64,000 nt of DNA. Origin: a virus. The notes under the pieces were generated by a model, which saw only the letters and a program-made list of their open reading frames with translations, had not been told where the DNA came from and searched no databases. The position numbers and the translations under genes were made by a program. Shown one piece after another: positions 45,347 through 56,015 of this stretch. The DNA lies in the IMG/VR virus record IMGVR_UViG_3300045988_054118, positions 1 to 64,000 of that record. One strand, 5' to 3'. Position 1 is the stretch's first letter. Each line of letters opens with the position of its first letter.

Positions 45347-46210
45347 ATGACTGTATTAGGAGATAAGCTGAGAGAGGCTTTGAGCGATAAAGCAAACGAC
45401 GTTAATAGCTATGTATGGAAAGGACCTAAGGTAAATGGGGTCCAGGAGGAAATTAAATTGGTAGACGCAGGTTATGACCAGCTGAGACGATTCTACAATC
45501 ATTGTGAACAAATGTTGTACAACTCTGATACCAAGAATCCGGGTCGTGTAACATTACTCGGAATTGTGTCCGACCAAATACAAAGATGTCGTGCAGAGCT
45601 TCTTATTAGATGGCTTAGAGCTGAAAAGCAATACACAAACACACGTTGTTTGGAAGACTTGAAAGCTGTTATCAAAAACAATAAGGAAGTGTTAACTAAT
45701 GAGGCTATTAAGGTCTATCCAATTGGAGAAATTCTTAATGGAATCCCTGTAGAGTTTAGAGAAGTACCAGTAAGTTTAGTTATGGATGCTTGTTTAGATT
45801 CCTTGGGATTGTTTGACAACTCTCATTTGACGCTTAACTTCATTGTAAAAATGGGACTGTGGTTTACACAGCAAGAAATGCAGAAAGACTTGTATCGTAA
45901 AGACCCAGTGACAGGTAAAGCTGTTAACAGACTGTTAGTAGTAAGTAAGGAACTTCGTTTGAATCCTTCTATAGCTCTGAAAATCTGTGATACTGGATTA
46001 AGTTATGCTGAGTTTAGATCTATGTGTAGATTGAAACGAGATAAATATGCTAACTTAACTAGTGATCAGCTCAGACTGCTATCAAACAAAGTTCTTTATC
46101 GCTTCCAAAATCAATGCGAGAACCAGGCTAAACAATGGAAGGATAAGATGGAAGAAATCAAGAAAGTTGCAGAACTTAAAGGATGGGACATCACTAGGAA
46201 TATAGATTGA
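45347..46210 (+). CDS. Hypothetical protein
   Basis: ORF of 287 aa. Confidence 0.5.
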   Translation: MTVLGDKLREALSDKANDVNSYVWKGPKVNGVQEEIKLVDAGYDQLRRFYNHCEQMLYNSDTKNPGRVTLLGIVSDQIQRCRAELLIRWLRAEKQYTNTRCLEDLKAVIKNNKEVLTNEAIKVYPIGEILNGIPVEFREVPVSLVMDACLDSLGLFDNSHLTLNFIVKMGLWFTQQEMQKDLYRKDPVTGKAVNRLLVVSKELRLNPSIALKICDTGLSYAEFRSMCRLKRDKYANLTSDQLRLLSNKVLYRFQNQCENQAKQWKDKMEEIKKVAELKGWDITRNID

Positions 46211-47484
46211 TGAAAGACCTCTTTACTCCTGTTACTCGTGATGAGCGACAGGAGCAATGTAAGAGAGCCTGGTTATTACATAAAGGAAGAGGCACCATAG
46301 AAGCCTGTACAGGCTTTGGTAAAACACGATGTGCTATTAATTGTTTAAAGGCTGTTCTATCTAAATATCCTACTATTAGAGCATTGGTAGTAGTCCCCAC
46401 GGAACTTTTAAAGAATCAGTGGATAGATATATTAGATAAGGAAGGTCTAGGGTTAAATACAGAGGTGCAAGTTGTAAATACTACAGCAAAGAATGGATAC
46501 GAATGTGACTTTTTAATCATTGATGAAATCCATAGAACTGCTGCTGAGACTTTACAATTTGTATTTAGTAAGGTTAAATACAAGTTAATTCTTGGACTAA
46601 CTGCTACTCTGGAAAGACTTGACGGTAGACATACTATAGTCGAGAAATATTGCCCTGTAGTTGATAGCGTAACTATTGAAGTAGCCAAAGCCAATGGTTG
46701 GGTATCTGATTTTACTGAATATCAAGTAATTATCACAGCAGAAGACATCGAAAGCTATCGAGAGCAAAATAGGGAATTTATAAGACATTTTGAATTCTTT
46801 AACTTTGATTTTGGACTCGCAATGAGTATGGTTGGTAAAGACGGCCTCAGAAATAGGCTTAATTACAGAAACCAGATTTGTAGTAGTTCGGATAAAGCTG
46901 AGCTGTCTAATGCTTTGAAGCAGATTACCTTTCATTCTACGGCTTTTATGAGAGCTTTACAAGCTAGAAAAAAGTTTATCCATAATCATCCGGCTAAATT
47001 AGAAGTGGCTAGGGAGATTATTGCTCATAGAGCAGACAAGAAAATTATTACATTCTCTGCTAACACTGCAATGGCAGAGAAGATAGGAGTAGGATATGTT
47101 TACACTGGCAAAGAAAGTAAAAAACAAAACAGAATTACACTTGAGGAGTTCGCCCTACTAGACAAGGGCGTGATTAATAGCTGTAAATTGGCTATTGAAG
47201 GTTTTGATTGTCCCGGTCTATCGGTCGGGATAATGCTTGGAGTTGACTCTAGTAGCACAAAAAGCACTCAAGCCGCTGGTAGGGTCATTAGAAAAGAAGG
47301 TTCTAAATACTCTGAAATATTCACATTAGTGCTAGAAGATACCGTTGAACAAGAATGGTTTAAGAAGTCTCATCAAAAGAGCGAGTATGTTACTATTGAT
47401 GTAGATAACTTACGAAAGTTACTTAATGGAGAGCCTTGGGAACCTTACAAGAAAAAATTGCAGAATTTTACCTATCGTTTTTAA
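46207..47484 (+). CDS. SF2 (DEAD/DEAH-box) helicase
   Basis: Motif I TGFGKTR, motif II DEIH, motif VI-like QAAGRVIR. Confidence 0.65.
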   Translation: MMKDLFTPVTRDERQEQCKRAWLLHKGRGTIEACTGFGKTRCAINCLKAVLSKYPTIRALVVVPTELLKNQWIDILDKEGLGLNTEVQVVNTTAKNGYECDFLIIDEIHRTAAETLQFVFSKVKYKLILGLTATLERLDGRHTIVEKYCPVVDSVTIEVAKANGWVSDFTEYQVIITAEDIESYREQNREFIRHFEFFNFDFGLAMSMVGKDGLRNRLNYRNQICSSSDKAELSNALKQITFHSTAFMRALQARKKFIHNHPAKLEVAREIIAHRADKKIITFSANTAMAEKIGVGYVYTGKESKKQNRITLEEFALLDKGVINSCKLAIEGFDCPGLSVGIMLGVDSSSTKSTQAAGRVIRKEGSKYSEIFTLVLEDTVEQEWFKKSHQKSEYVTIDVDNLRKLLNGEPWEPYKKKLQNFTYRF

Positions 47485-47741
47485 TTATGGAAACTTATTA
47501 CACTAAAAAAGAGTTTAATGAGATGAAGTCTGCTTTGACTAAGAAGTGCAAAGCATTGGAAACTAAAGTTAGTAAGCTTACCGCTGAATTGAAGGAATTA
47601 AAGAAGGACTATGCAGTACTTCTTGAAACTGCCAGCGAAAAAGTTGAGGACTAAAGTTTATCACGTAACCAAGTTTTAACGCTTTAACAAGTAAACTAGA
47701 CTTGGTGTATAGATTAGTAGAAAATCTATTAATTTGTACAC

Positions 47742-48347
47742 GTGAAAAATCTTGAACTGAAACAGCAACTTTTGTTTTGTGAAAAATATAGCATAAACCC
47801 AAGTGAGCTGTTGTTGTTAGAAATTCTTCTTATCGCCCAAGAGGGTGATGAACCCGAAATTGTCCACGAGTATTTCTCTTCTAGAGTATGCGCTCGTGGT
47901 TTTACAATAGAACTATTAACTGGACTTCGCGATGCTGGAGTTATTCATAAATCCTATAAGATTCCTGAGAAAGGGTCTGTATTTAACCCACTAGATGTTC
48001 CTCTAAATAAGTTAGTTGTGAAAGACTTTTATAAGTGTTCATTCGACTTAGGTAAGGAATTGTGGGATACTTATCCATTATTTGGAATAGTTAATAATAC
48101 ACAAGTGGGTCTGAAAAGCGTATCTAAGAAATTTGATACAATTGAAGACTTCTATAGGTTTTATGGTAAAACTATCAGATGGAAGCCAGAAACTCATAAC
48201 CATATTATAGAGTTAGTTAAGTGGGCTAATGAACACAATATATTGTGTACCACAATAGCTAATTTTGTAATAGACCATAAGTGGGAAGAACTAGAGGCAT
48301 TAAAGAATGAAGGCGGAGTTAATTATGATTCTATGAGATTACTATGA
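47742..48347 (+). CDS. Hypothetical protein
   Basis: ORF of 201 aa. Confidence 0.45.
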   Translation: MKNLELKQQLLFCEKYSINPSELLLLEILLIAQEGDEPEIVHEYFSSRVCARGFTIELLTGLRDAGVIHKSYKIPEKGSVFNPLDVPLNKLVVKDFYKCSFDLGKELWDTYPLFGIVNNTQVGLKSVSKKFDTIEDFYRFYGKTIRWKPETHNHIIELVKWANEHNILCTTIANFVIDHKWEELEALKNEGGVNYDSMRLL

Positions 48348-49438
48348 TTTCTGATAAACTTCTCAATGAAATTGATAGAGGTAGACAGGGACTAAATCAT
48401 GGTATTTCTATGAAACTTCCTAAGCTAGAGAGTATTATTGATGGAGTTACTAGGGAAACCTATACTTTAATTCTATCAAACTCTGGTGCAGGTAAGACTT
48501 CGTTTGCCTTATATGCTTATGTATATCGACCACTAATGGAACATCTTGATGATGATGATTTTAAGGTATTGTATTTCAGTCTTGAAATGGGAGAAGTAGC
48601 TTTGTATATTAAGCTGTTATCCATATATATATTTGAGACCTATGGAATCCAACTATCTTTTAAGAAGATATTGTCAAGAGAAAAAGAATATATTTTATCT
48701 GATGAGCATTATGACTTAGTTAAGCAATGTATGCCTTGGATAGATAAGATTAGTAAGAAGTTAGAAATCTATGACAAGAAGGTAACTCCGAAGAAGGTAT
48801 ATGCCATCTTGAAAACTAGGTTGGAGGAAATGGGAACCTTTTCTGAAAGCGAAACCCGCCTCGTCTATACTCCAAATAATCCTAATCTTATTTATAATGT
48901 AGTTGTAGACCATATTGGTCTTGTTGGTACAAAGCCTGATATTGATTTGTTGTCTAGCTATCTTCTTTTTCTTAGAGATAAGTGTTTTATTAGTCCTGTA
49001 GTAATACAGCAAGCTAATAGAGAGCAAGGAAATATTGAGAGGTTTAAACAAGGCAAAAGTGCGTTTACTATTCACGATGCTAAGGATTCAGGTAATACTG
49101 TGCAAGATTGTAATATCATGATTGCATTGTATAATCCTCACAGAGATGGATTGAAGACTTATAAACATTACAATATTGAGTATCTAGGCTCTTATTATAG
49201 GAGTATTATGGTACTTAAGAACCGATATGGGGATTGCGATGTTGAGGTTGGAGTAAACTTCTTTGGATGGATTAATATGTTCTACGAGCTGCCGAAGCCC
49301 GATGAAATTTATGATTATGAGAGATATACAAGTCCAAACTATATATTAGAAGATAATAGTTCTATTGTAGAACAGGAGCTAGATGATATTACAGAATTAG
49401 ATAATTCAAATTCGAATTTTAATTTTGCATTAGAATAA
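48344..49438 (+). CDS. DnaB-like replicative helicase (RecA-fold C-terminal domain)
   Basis: Walker A LSNSGAGKTSFAL and a DnaB_C-like architecture; 364 aa. Confidence 0.55.
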   Translation: MISDKLLNEIDRGRQGLNHGISMKLPKLESIIDGVTRETYTLILSNSGAGKTSFALYAYVYRPLMEHLDDDDFKVLYFSLEMGEVALYIKLLSIYIFETYGIQLSFKKILSREKEYILSDEHYDLVKQCMPWIDKISKKLEIYDKKVTPKKVYAILKTRLEEMGTFSESETRLVYTPNNPNLIYNVVVDHIGLVGTKPDIDLLSSYLLFLRDKCFISPVVIQQANREQGNIERFKQGKSAFTIHDAKDSGNTVQDCNIMIALYNPHRDGLKTYKHYNIEYLGSYYRSIMVLKNRYGDCDVEVGVNFFGWINMFYELPKPDEIYDYERYTSPNYILEDNSSIVEQELDDITELDNSNSNFNFALE

Positions 49439-50133
49439 TGGCTGCTGAAACAATTGCTATCGTAGGTGAATCAGGTACTGGAAAAAGTACAAGTTTAAGA
49501 AATCTTAATCCCGAAACTACTTTTATTATAAGTACTACGGGTAAACCCCTTCCCTTCCGTGCATGGAAGAAGAAGTATATTCCCATCAAAATCGAAGGAA
49601 AGAACGTGAGTGGTAACTACTATGTAAGTTCAAAGTGGGACCAAATACTGAAAATTCTTCAAATTATTGATAAGATGATGCCGCACATTAAGCAGGTAAT
49701 CATTGATGACTTCCAATATGTTCTCTCTTATGAGTTCGTTGATAGAGCAACTGAAGTTGGTTATACTAAGTTTAGTGAATTAGCTCAACACGCTATGGAA
49801 ATTCTGAGATATTCAGAAAAGATGAGGGAGGATTGCAAAATGATCTTCTTGACTCACTCAGAAAATGTTGGAGACAACGTTAATCCTAAGTATGTTATCA
49901 AGACTGTTGGTAAGTTGCTGTCTGAAAAAGTAACCTTGGAAGGTTTGTTTACATATATCTTCTTTACTAAAGTAAACGAAGGAGACTCCGGTAGAATGGA
50001 GTATAAGCTTATCACTAACAATGATGGTAGCTGTGTAGCAAAGACTTCTTTGGGAATGTTTGAAGACTTAGAAATTGATAATGATTTGGATGAGATTATT
50101 AAAGTTATTGACGCTTATAACGAAGGGGAATAA
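49438..50133 (+). CDS. P-loop ATPase (Sak4 / RecA-like recombination or loader ATPase candidate)
   Basis: Walker A IVGESGTGKST; ~230 aa; sits between the helicase and the SSB-like gene. Confidence 0.5.
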   Translation: MAAETIAIVGESGTGKSTSLRNLNPETTFIISTTGKPLPFRAWKKKYIPIKIEGKNVSGNYYVSSKWDQILKILQIIDKMMPHIKQVIIDDFQYVLSYEFVDRATEVGYTKFSELAQHAMEILRYSEKMREDCKMIFLTHSENVGDNVNPKYVIKTVGKLLSEKVTLEGLFTYIFFTKVNEGDSGRMEYKLITNNDGSCVAKTSLGMFEDLEIDNDLDEIIKVIDAYNEGE

Positions 50134-50708
50134 TGAAATTAGACATACTGTTTCACTATGATGTGAATGAGCAAACGGGTGAAATCACCTATATTGGTAA
50201 AGAAGAAATCCATGTTGACACCGTAGCTACTAAGAAAGCTGCAAGTAGTAAATCTTCATCTGCTAAGGTAGATGAAAATCCTGAACCTATTATTACGCTT
50301 GATTCTAACAAGTTGATTTTGACCCAAGGGGCAGTAGACTTGTTACAAGTCTGTGCAGATTGTCGTGTAGACATCAAGTATAAGAAAAAGGATAAGAAGG
50401 CAGTTCCTATTATTGGAACCGATGCTGCTTTCGGTACTAAGGCTGGAAACAAGCTGACTAAAAGTAATACTGTAAGTTATAGAGGAGCTGCTAACGAAAA
50501 GCTTTCTGCTTACGGTACTGTCTTTAAGTTGGAACCTACAGAGGATAAAGGAATTTATTATCTGATAGGAGACAAGGTACAGGAGTCAAATCCTGTGCCG
50601 GAAGAGATAATTGATATCGAAAAAGAACTCGATATAGAAGCATTAGATAATTTAAACATAGACGAAGATGACAAAAACTTAGAAAAATTTGATTTTAATT
50701 TGAATTAA
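50133..50708 (+). CDS. Hypothetical protein
   Basis: ORF of 191 aa. Confidence 0.45.
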   Translation: MKLDILFHYDVNEQTGEITYIGKEEIHVDTVATKKAASSKSSSAKVDENPEPIITLDSNKLILTQGAVDLLQVCADCRVDIKYKKKDKKAVPIIGTDAAFGTKAGNKLTKSNTVSYRGAANEKLSAYGTVFKLEPTEDKGIYYLIGDKVQESNPVPEEIIDIEKELDIEALDNLNIDEDDKNLEKFDFNLN

Positions 50709-50710
50709 TT

Positions 50711-51406
50711 ATGGCATTTAATTTTGGTATATCAGCAGACTCAGCAGTAAGAAACACACGTCGTCCTTTAACCCCTTGGAATATCCATGATGTAAAATTC
50801 ATGGGTTGCGAAATCAAGGAATTTGATGGGAAGAAGGACCCAACAGCCCACTATAAAGTTTTGTCTATCAATTTTGAGAACGAAGATGGTTACTTCTCAG
50901 TAACTCAATTCTTCCCGAAAGCTGGTGATGATGAGAGACGAGAATTTGATAGTAAGAATGGTGGAAAGGTAGTGATGCCCTCCAACTTCGAAACTTTGAT
51001 GGCTGTAGTTAAACAGACTGCGCAGGTTCTTAACCCTGCAGGATTCGAAAAGATGCAAGCAGCTAGCTCTAAGTTTAAGAGCTTCGACGATGTAGCTAAG
51101 GCTTTGATTACAATCACTGAGAAGGTGAAGGGAACAGAGACTAAGTTGAAGTTGATTGGTAGAAACCGTGACGGTAAGGTAGTTGCTGATATACCGCGTA
51201 TTGTTGGTATTAACAAACAGGGTGAGTCGTTCATTTCTGATAACTATATTGGCGATAAGCTGTTCTTCTCTGACTATGAGGAAGGAGAACGTCAGAAATA
51301 TCTGAAGGCTAAGCCTACTGAAATGAAGTCAGAAGATCCAATTGCAGATGTAGCAGGAGTAGACCAAGCTCCAGCAGATGATTTGGACATCACTGACTTA
51401 CTCTAA
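50711..51406 (+). CDS. Putative single-stranded DNA-binding protein
   Basis: Acidic C-terminal tail (…PADDLDITDLL) typical of SSB; within the replication-module context. Confidence 0.4.
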   Translation: MAFNFGISADSAVRNTRRPLTPWNIHDVKFMGCEIKEFDGKKDPTAHYKVLSINFENEDGYFSVTQFFPKAGDDERREFDSKNGGKVVMPSNFETLMAVVKQTAQVLNPAGFEKMQAASSKFKSFDDVAKALITITEKVKGTETKLKLIGRNRDGKVVADIPRIVGINKQGESFISDNYIGDKLFFSDYEEGERQKYLKAKPTEMKSEDPIADVAGVDQAPADDLDITDLL

Positions 51407-51440
51407 TGATTTGTTAGTAGAGTAATTCATAAATTCCTTA

Positions 51441-52454
51441 GTGACCATGTTTGATTATACTTTTGAACCAAAAATTACTAAGGAATTTCTTCTATCTAAA
51501 AACAATGAGGAGACTTACATGACTTATTATCTGGGCATCCCAGTTAAGAAAGGATTGTTTAAGTCTCCTTTGCGCAGTGACAGTCATGTCACTTGCAGTT
51601 TCTTTAGAGGAAAATCTGGAAACTTGTATTTTAAAGACTTTGCTTCTGGAAAATGTCTCACATTCGAAGGAGTAGTTATGGAAAAGTATAATTGTAACTA
51701 CCACACTGCTTTAAGGATTATAGCTAAAGACTTTGGATATACGAAAGATTCTTCCGTAAAGAAAGTTGCAGTGAAAATCCAGCCTAAGTTTGAAGAAGAG
51801 AAACAAACTTTTATTCAGATAGAGGCTAAGGATTTTTCAGAACCTGAGTTGAAGTGGTGGGGAAGTTTTGGTATAACTAAAGACATCCTATATAAGTTCA
51901 AAGTATACAGTTGTAGTACTGTATTTTTGAATGGGAACATATATGCACAATCTGCCCAGCATAGTCCTATATATGGCTATTATTTTGGAAAGAAAGAGAA
52001 CATCGAGCAATGGCGAATTTATATGCCAAAACGAAAGGAGTTTAGATTCATAGGAAATGTTTCAACCAAGACTATTCAAGGCTATAAGCAATTAGCTAAG
52101 AGTGGAAAACTAGTTGTTATAACTAAATCTATGAAAGATGTAATGTGTTTATACTCTTTAGGAATACCAGCTATAGCTCCCAACTCTGAAACTCAGTTTG
52201 TTTCTGATAAGATTTTAGAAGAATTAAAGCAGAGATTCAAATACGTTGTGTTGCTATATGATAATGATTTGACTGGAGTACGTTTTACTAATAAGATTAG
52301 GAAAGAGCATCCAGAACTAATTGTATCAATGATTCCCAGAAGCACAGGAGCTAAGGATATAAGTGATTATTACCATATGTATGGAAGAAAAGGTACACAA
52401 GAATTTATTACTAATTACATAAAGAAACTTAAGAAGAATGAAAAAGTAGACTAA
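51441..52454 (+). CDS. DNA primase (TOPRIM domain)
   Basis: TOPRIM-like segment VVITKSMKDVMCLYSLGIPAIA…VVLLYDNDLTG. Confidence 0.6.
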   Translation: MTMFDYTFEPKITKEFLLSKNNEETYMTYYLGIPVKKGLFKSPLRSDSHVTCSFFRGKSGNLYFKDFASGKCLTFEGVVMEKYNCNYHTALRIIAKDFGYTKDSSVKKVAVKIQPKFEEEKQTFIQIEAKDFSEPELKWWGSFGITKDILYKFKVYSCSTVFLNGNIYAQSAQHSPIYGYYFGKKENIEQWRIYMPKRKEFRFIGNVSTKTIQGYKQLAKSGKLVVITKSMKDVMCLYSLGIPAIAPNSETQFVSDKILEELKQRFKYVVLLYDNDLTGVRFTNKIRKEHPELIVSMIPRSTGAKDISDYYHMYGRKGTQEFITNYIKKLKKNEKVD

Positions 52455-52533
52455 TACAAGTGTTACAGCCATCTTTAAGGACGGTAGTAGAAAAACTTTT
52501 GAATCTGTTGAATTAGCCTCCGAAGGAACTGGT

Positions 52534-53028
52534 TTGGAGATAAACTCAATCAAAGCTAGAGCTAATAAGCCTGGCTCTGGAGCAAAATCAAAAGACGGAA
52601 TTACCTTTGAATGGGCAGACCCCGCAGTTAGAAGAAGTAAGCAGGCAAAGAAGAGTAAACAAAAAGGCTCTCAGTATGAGTTAGAAATAATTCACAAACT
52701 TAGAGATATAGGATACGAAGGATGTGTGTCTAGCAGAAGTCAAAACAAATTGGCTGATGCTGACAAAATAGATATTGTTGACATGAACAATGAACTTCCA
52801 GTTAATATCCAAGCTAAATTTACTCAGAATATGCCTAACTATTTTGATATTAGAGATGCTTGCAGTGATAAGTCAAAGCCGTTCTGTATATGCTGGAAAA
52901 AGGCAGGAAAGAATGGAGAGTCAGCTAGAGGGCAAGTTGCTGTAATCCCAATCAGCTTTTTTTATGAGCTACTAGAAATGTGCAAGAATGGAGGAATGGA
53001 AGGTATATCCAGAGTTTCCGACGTATGA
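52534..53028 (+). CDS. Hypothetical protein, possible PD-(D/E)XK nuclease or resolvase
   Basis: DKIDIVDM…IQAKF pattern. Confidence 0.3.
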   Translation: MEINSIKARANKPGSGAKSKDGITFEWADPAVRRSKQAKKSKQKGSQYELEIIHKLRDIGYEGCVSSRSQNKLADADKIDIVDMNNELPVNIQAKFTQNMPNYFDIRDACSDKSKPFCICWKKAGKNGESARGQVAVIPISFFYELLEMCKNGGMEGISRVSDV

Positions 53029-53455
53029 AGTGTCTAATAATGGACAAGTACGAAATAGGAAAAGAGGAAATATATTAAAGCCTCATGAGGATAAGGATGG
53101 ATATTTAGGAGTATGCCTATGCTTTGAGGGTAGGAAGTACCATAGAAGAATAAATAGGATAGTTGCTATTACTTTTATTCCTAATCCCGACAATCTGGAG
53201 ATAGCTGACCATATTGATAAGGATAGAAAGAATAATTGTGTTTCTAATCTTAGATGGGTTGATACTATTGGAAATAATAGAAATAAAATTTCTAACTCCA
53301 AAGTTGATATTTGTGACAAAGATGGGAACATATTGAAGTCTTTTGATTCTATATCTGAGGCAGCAGAATATTATAATGTACCAGATGATAAGATGTGCGC
53401 AGCGGTAGTAGTTAATAAGAAAATTGGAGGTTATGTTAAATACTCTGAGAAATAA
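52988..53455 (+). mobile_element. HNH homing endonuclease
   Basis: N-terminus EEWKVYPEFPTYEVSNNGQVRN and …RINRIVAITFIPNPDNLEIADHIDKDRKNNCVSNLRW… (HNH_3-type). Confidence 0.7.
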
Positions 53456-53500
53456 AGTTGCTGTAATACCTATAGAATATTTTTATGAATTGCTTAGAAA

Positions 53501-53749
53501 ATGAAAAAGTTAGTAGTTAAAGGTCCAGTTCCTACGATTAAAAATTGTATAGTTAATGACTTTGATGATGAATATGCTCTTTATTTAAGGACAGCTAAAA
53601 AGAATTGGAGAACAATGGAAGCATTCTCTCTTGAGTTTGATTCCACTTTATCTGATTTGAAGAAAAGTCATTTCATCTACGTAGATAGAGAAGACCTAGA
53701 GCTATTAATAAAGAAGCGATTGAACGTTATTGAAGTAATCGAGTTATGA
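53501..53749 (+). CDS. Hypothetical protein
   Basis: ORF of 82 aa. Confidence 0.4.
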   Translation: MKKLVVKGPVPTIKNCIVNDFDDEYALYLRTAKKNWRTMEAFSLEFDSTLSDLKKSHFIYVDREDLELLIKKRLNVIEVIEL

Positions 53750-53967
53750 ACATATATTTATTTCCATGGCATACAGACGAAGTCTGTACTATTAGCAAAG
53801 TAGTAGCAAGAAGCTATGAGGATTGCGAAGAGAAGATAAAGAGTATGTATATAAATAAATACGACGATTTAGATGATCTTCTGGATTATGATGATTTCTG
53901 TATAGAACTTGCTGAAAAACATGGAATATATTTAGGAGACGTATCTGAGATAAATGAATTTATGTAA
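53746..53967 (+). CDS. Hypothetical acidic protein
   Basis: ORF of 73 aa. Confidence 0.4.
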   Translation: MNIYLFPWHTDEVCTISKVVARSYEDCEEKIKSMYINKYDDLDDLLDYDDFCIELAEKHGIYLGDVSEINEFM

Positions 53968-54472
53968 TCCATTAAGGATAGCGTTAGACTTGGATGACAC
54001 AATCTTCGATTTCTGGGGAGCATATAAAACACTATTCCCTAGAGAATCAGATTTAGTTGAGCACGTAATTACACGAAACGTAGTAAGTCTTCGCTACAAC
54101 AAGGAGTTTTGGGAAAATTTACCCTTGCTAGAAAAGCCAAATTTCGAGCCGCATATTTATGCAACCAAAAGAATTAACAGTAAAACTTATACTCGAAATT
54201 GTCTAGCTAAATACAATTTACCCATAAGACCTATTTATCAAATGTATTATCAGCACGGAAACAAGGCTGACTTGATAAAAGGCAAATGCGATGTATTAAT
54301 CGACGACAGTATTAGTAATGTGACTATGGCAATAAACTCTGAACTTCCAGCATTGCTAATAGATAGGCCACATAACCAGAATGGAGATCCTTTATTCCGC
54401 ATTTATAGTTTAGATATTGACGAAATTAGATTTGCATATGAATTAGAATTAGCAACTTTAGGATGGAATTAA
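53954..54472 (+). CDS. HAD-family 5'(3')-deoxyribonucleotidase-like protein (NT5C-like)
   Basis: DxDxT motif IALDLDDTIFDF; ~170 aa; common in phage nucleotide-metabolism modules. Confidence 0.55.
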   Translation: MNLCNPLRIALDLDDTIFDFWGAYKTLFPRESDLVEHVITRNVVSLRYNKEFWENLPLLEKPNFEPHIYATKRINSKTYTRNCLAKYNLPIRPIYQMYYQHGNKADLIKGKCDVLIDDSISNVTMAINSELPALLIDRPHNQNGDPLFRIYSLDIDEIRFAYELELATLGWN

Positions 54473-55512
54473 AAGATATCAAGCTTAGGCCGCTGCTAGA
54501 CACACTAAGATTGGAGAAGATAAGTGATAAGGTATATTTTTCTGAACAGTACAGTGGATACGTTAGTAATTCCCGTTTAGGATTAATTAATCCTCGGCAG
54601 GATGGTAATCCAGATAAATTCTTTACTGGGTTTAAAAATACTTTCTCTTCTGCTCTGGAACTTGGAAGTGCTGTACACGAATTGGTGCTACAGCCAGATA
54701 GTTTTGAACTGTCAGAAGACATTGGTAAACCTACTGCAAAGTTAGGAGCAATGGCTAATGAACTCTATCCCGTTTTTCTGAAAGGAGAAGTAAAATTCGA
54801 TGATGTGAAGAAAGCATCGGACAAAGTCGAATATTACAAGGGAAAGCTTACCAAGGAACTAGCTAAATCTGTGATTGAAGCTTCTACTAACTATTGGAAG
54901 AATAGACAGCTAAAAGAATTTGATTTAACACAAGATAAGGAAATTATATATCTTGACAACAAATCACTAGAAATCGTAAAGTCTTGTGTATCAGCATTAA
55001 ATAGCAATAAGCAAGTGCAGAAACTTTTACATCCTGAAGGGATAACTAAAACACCTATTTCTGAAAATGAGCAAGCTATTTTATTGGACGTGGAGGCGAC
55101 CTGCCCTAATGGAAAAAAGTTTATCTTACACCTGAAGTCCAAACTAGATAATTATACAATAGATACAGAAACTAACACTATTGTAGTGAATGATATTAAG
55201 ACGATTGGAAAAATCGTTAGTGAAATTGATACCAATATCAATAAGTATCACTATAGTAGGGAGTTTGCGATGTATTTATACCTTCTGAAGTTGTGTGCTG
55301 AAAAGTTCTATAACTTGGAGAATCCAAAATTGCAAGCTAATTACTTAGTAGTTTCTACCATTCCGAACTTTTATAGTAAGGTTAGGCCAGTTACTTATTT
55401 GGAATTGCGACAAGGATTTCATGAGTTCAAGACTCTTTTGAAGTATGTAGCCTATCAGATAGGTTATAGAGACTATTCTCTTGATGAACGACCTTCAAAA
55501 TATCAGCTTTGA
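54463..55512 (+). CDS. Hypothetical protein
   Basis: ORF of 349 aa. Confidence 0.5.
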   Translation: MELKDIKLRPLLDTLRLEKISDKVYFSEQYSGYVSNSRLGLINPRQDGNPDKFFTGFKNTFSSALELGSAVHELVLQPDSFELSEDIGKPTAKLGAMANELYPVFLKGEVKFDDVKKASDKVEYYKGKLTKELAKSVIEASTNYWKNRQLKEFDLTQDKEIIYLDNKSLEIVKSCVSALNSNKQVQKLLHPEGITKTPISENEQAILLDVEATCPNGKKFILHLKSKLDNYTIDTETNTIVVNDIKTIGKIVSEIDTNINKYHYSREFAMYLYLLKLCAEKFYNLENPKLQANYLVVSTIPNFYSKVRPVTYLELRQGFHEFKTLLKYVAYQIGYRDYSLDERPSKYQL

Positions 55513-55834
55513 ACAATTGTCATCAATTTACTCAAAATACTTTACCTTAAACTACCTAGGGAGCAATATGGGTGATAAACTAGCCTGTATTGCTCTTACT
55601 TGTTATATAACTAATGAGTTAAAGAAAAAAGGTCAAAAGGTAACGTGTTATGATGTTTTATTGAAAGTCGGAAAAGATTTTAGGGAAGGAGAGAAAAATA
55701 CCTTTCTGAAGTCTTTAGGGGCTATCTGTGAGGATTTAATGTACGGGTGTACCACTTTTCTTGACTTTGGTATTAAGCCGAAAGATATGCCCAAACAGCT
55801 CCAGATTTTGCTCGACAATTATGTACCATTTTAA
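55481..55834 (+). CDS. Hypothetical protein
   Basis: ORF of 117 aa. Confidence 0.4.
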   Translation: MMNDLQNISFEQLSSIYSKYFTLNYLGSNMGDKLACIALTCYITNELKKKGQKVTCYDVLLKVGKDFREGEKNTFLKSLGAICEDLMYGCTTFLDFGIKPKDMPKQLQILLDNYVPF

Positions 55835-56015
55835 GAGATTTTTAGTTAAGAGGATTTTAACGTCCTTTAACATAAAATTAACATTTGAAGATTAGGGTTT
55901 CTATGTATGATGTAGTATAATTGATTACATCAGTAAGGGAAACAATACTGATTAGATACGGAAAAATAATTTCAGATTATATGTTAATGATTTATGTTTA
56001 AAAATTTTATTTATT

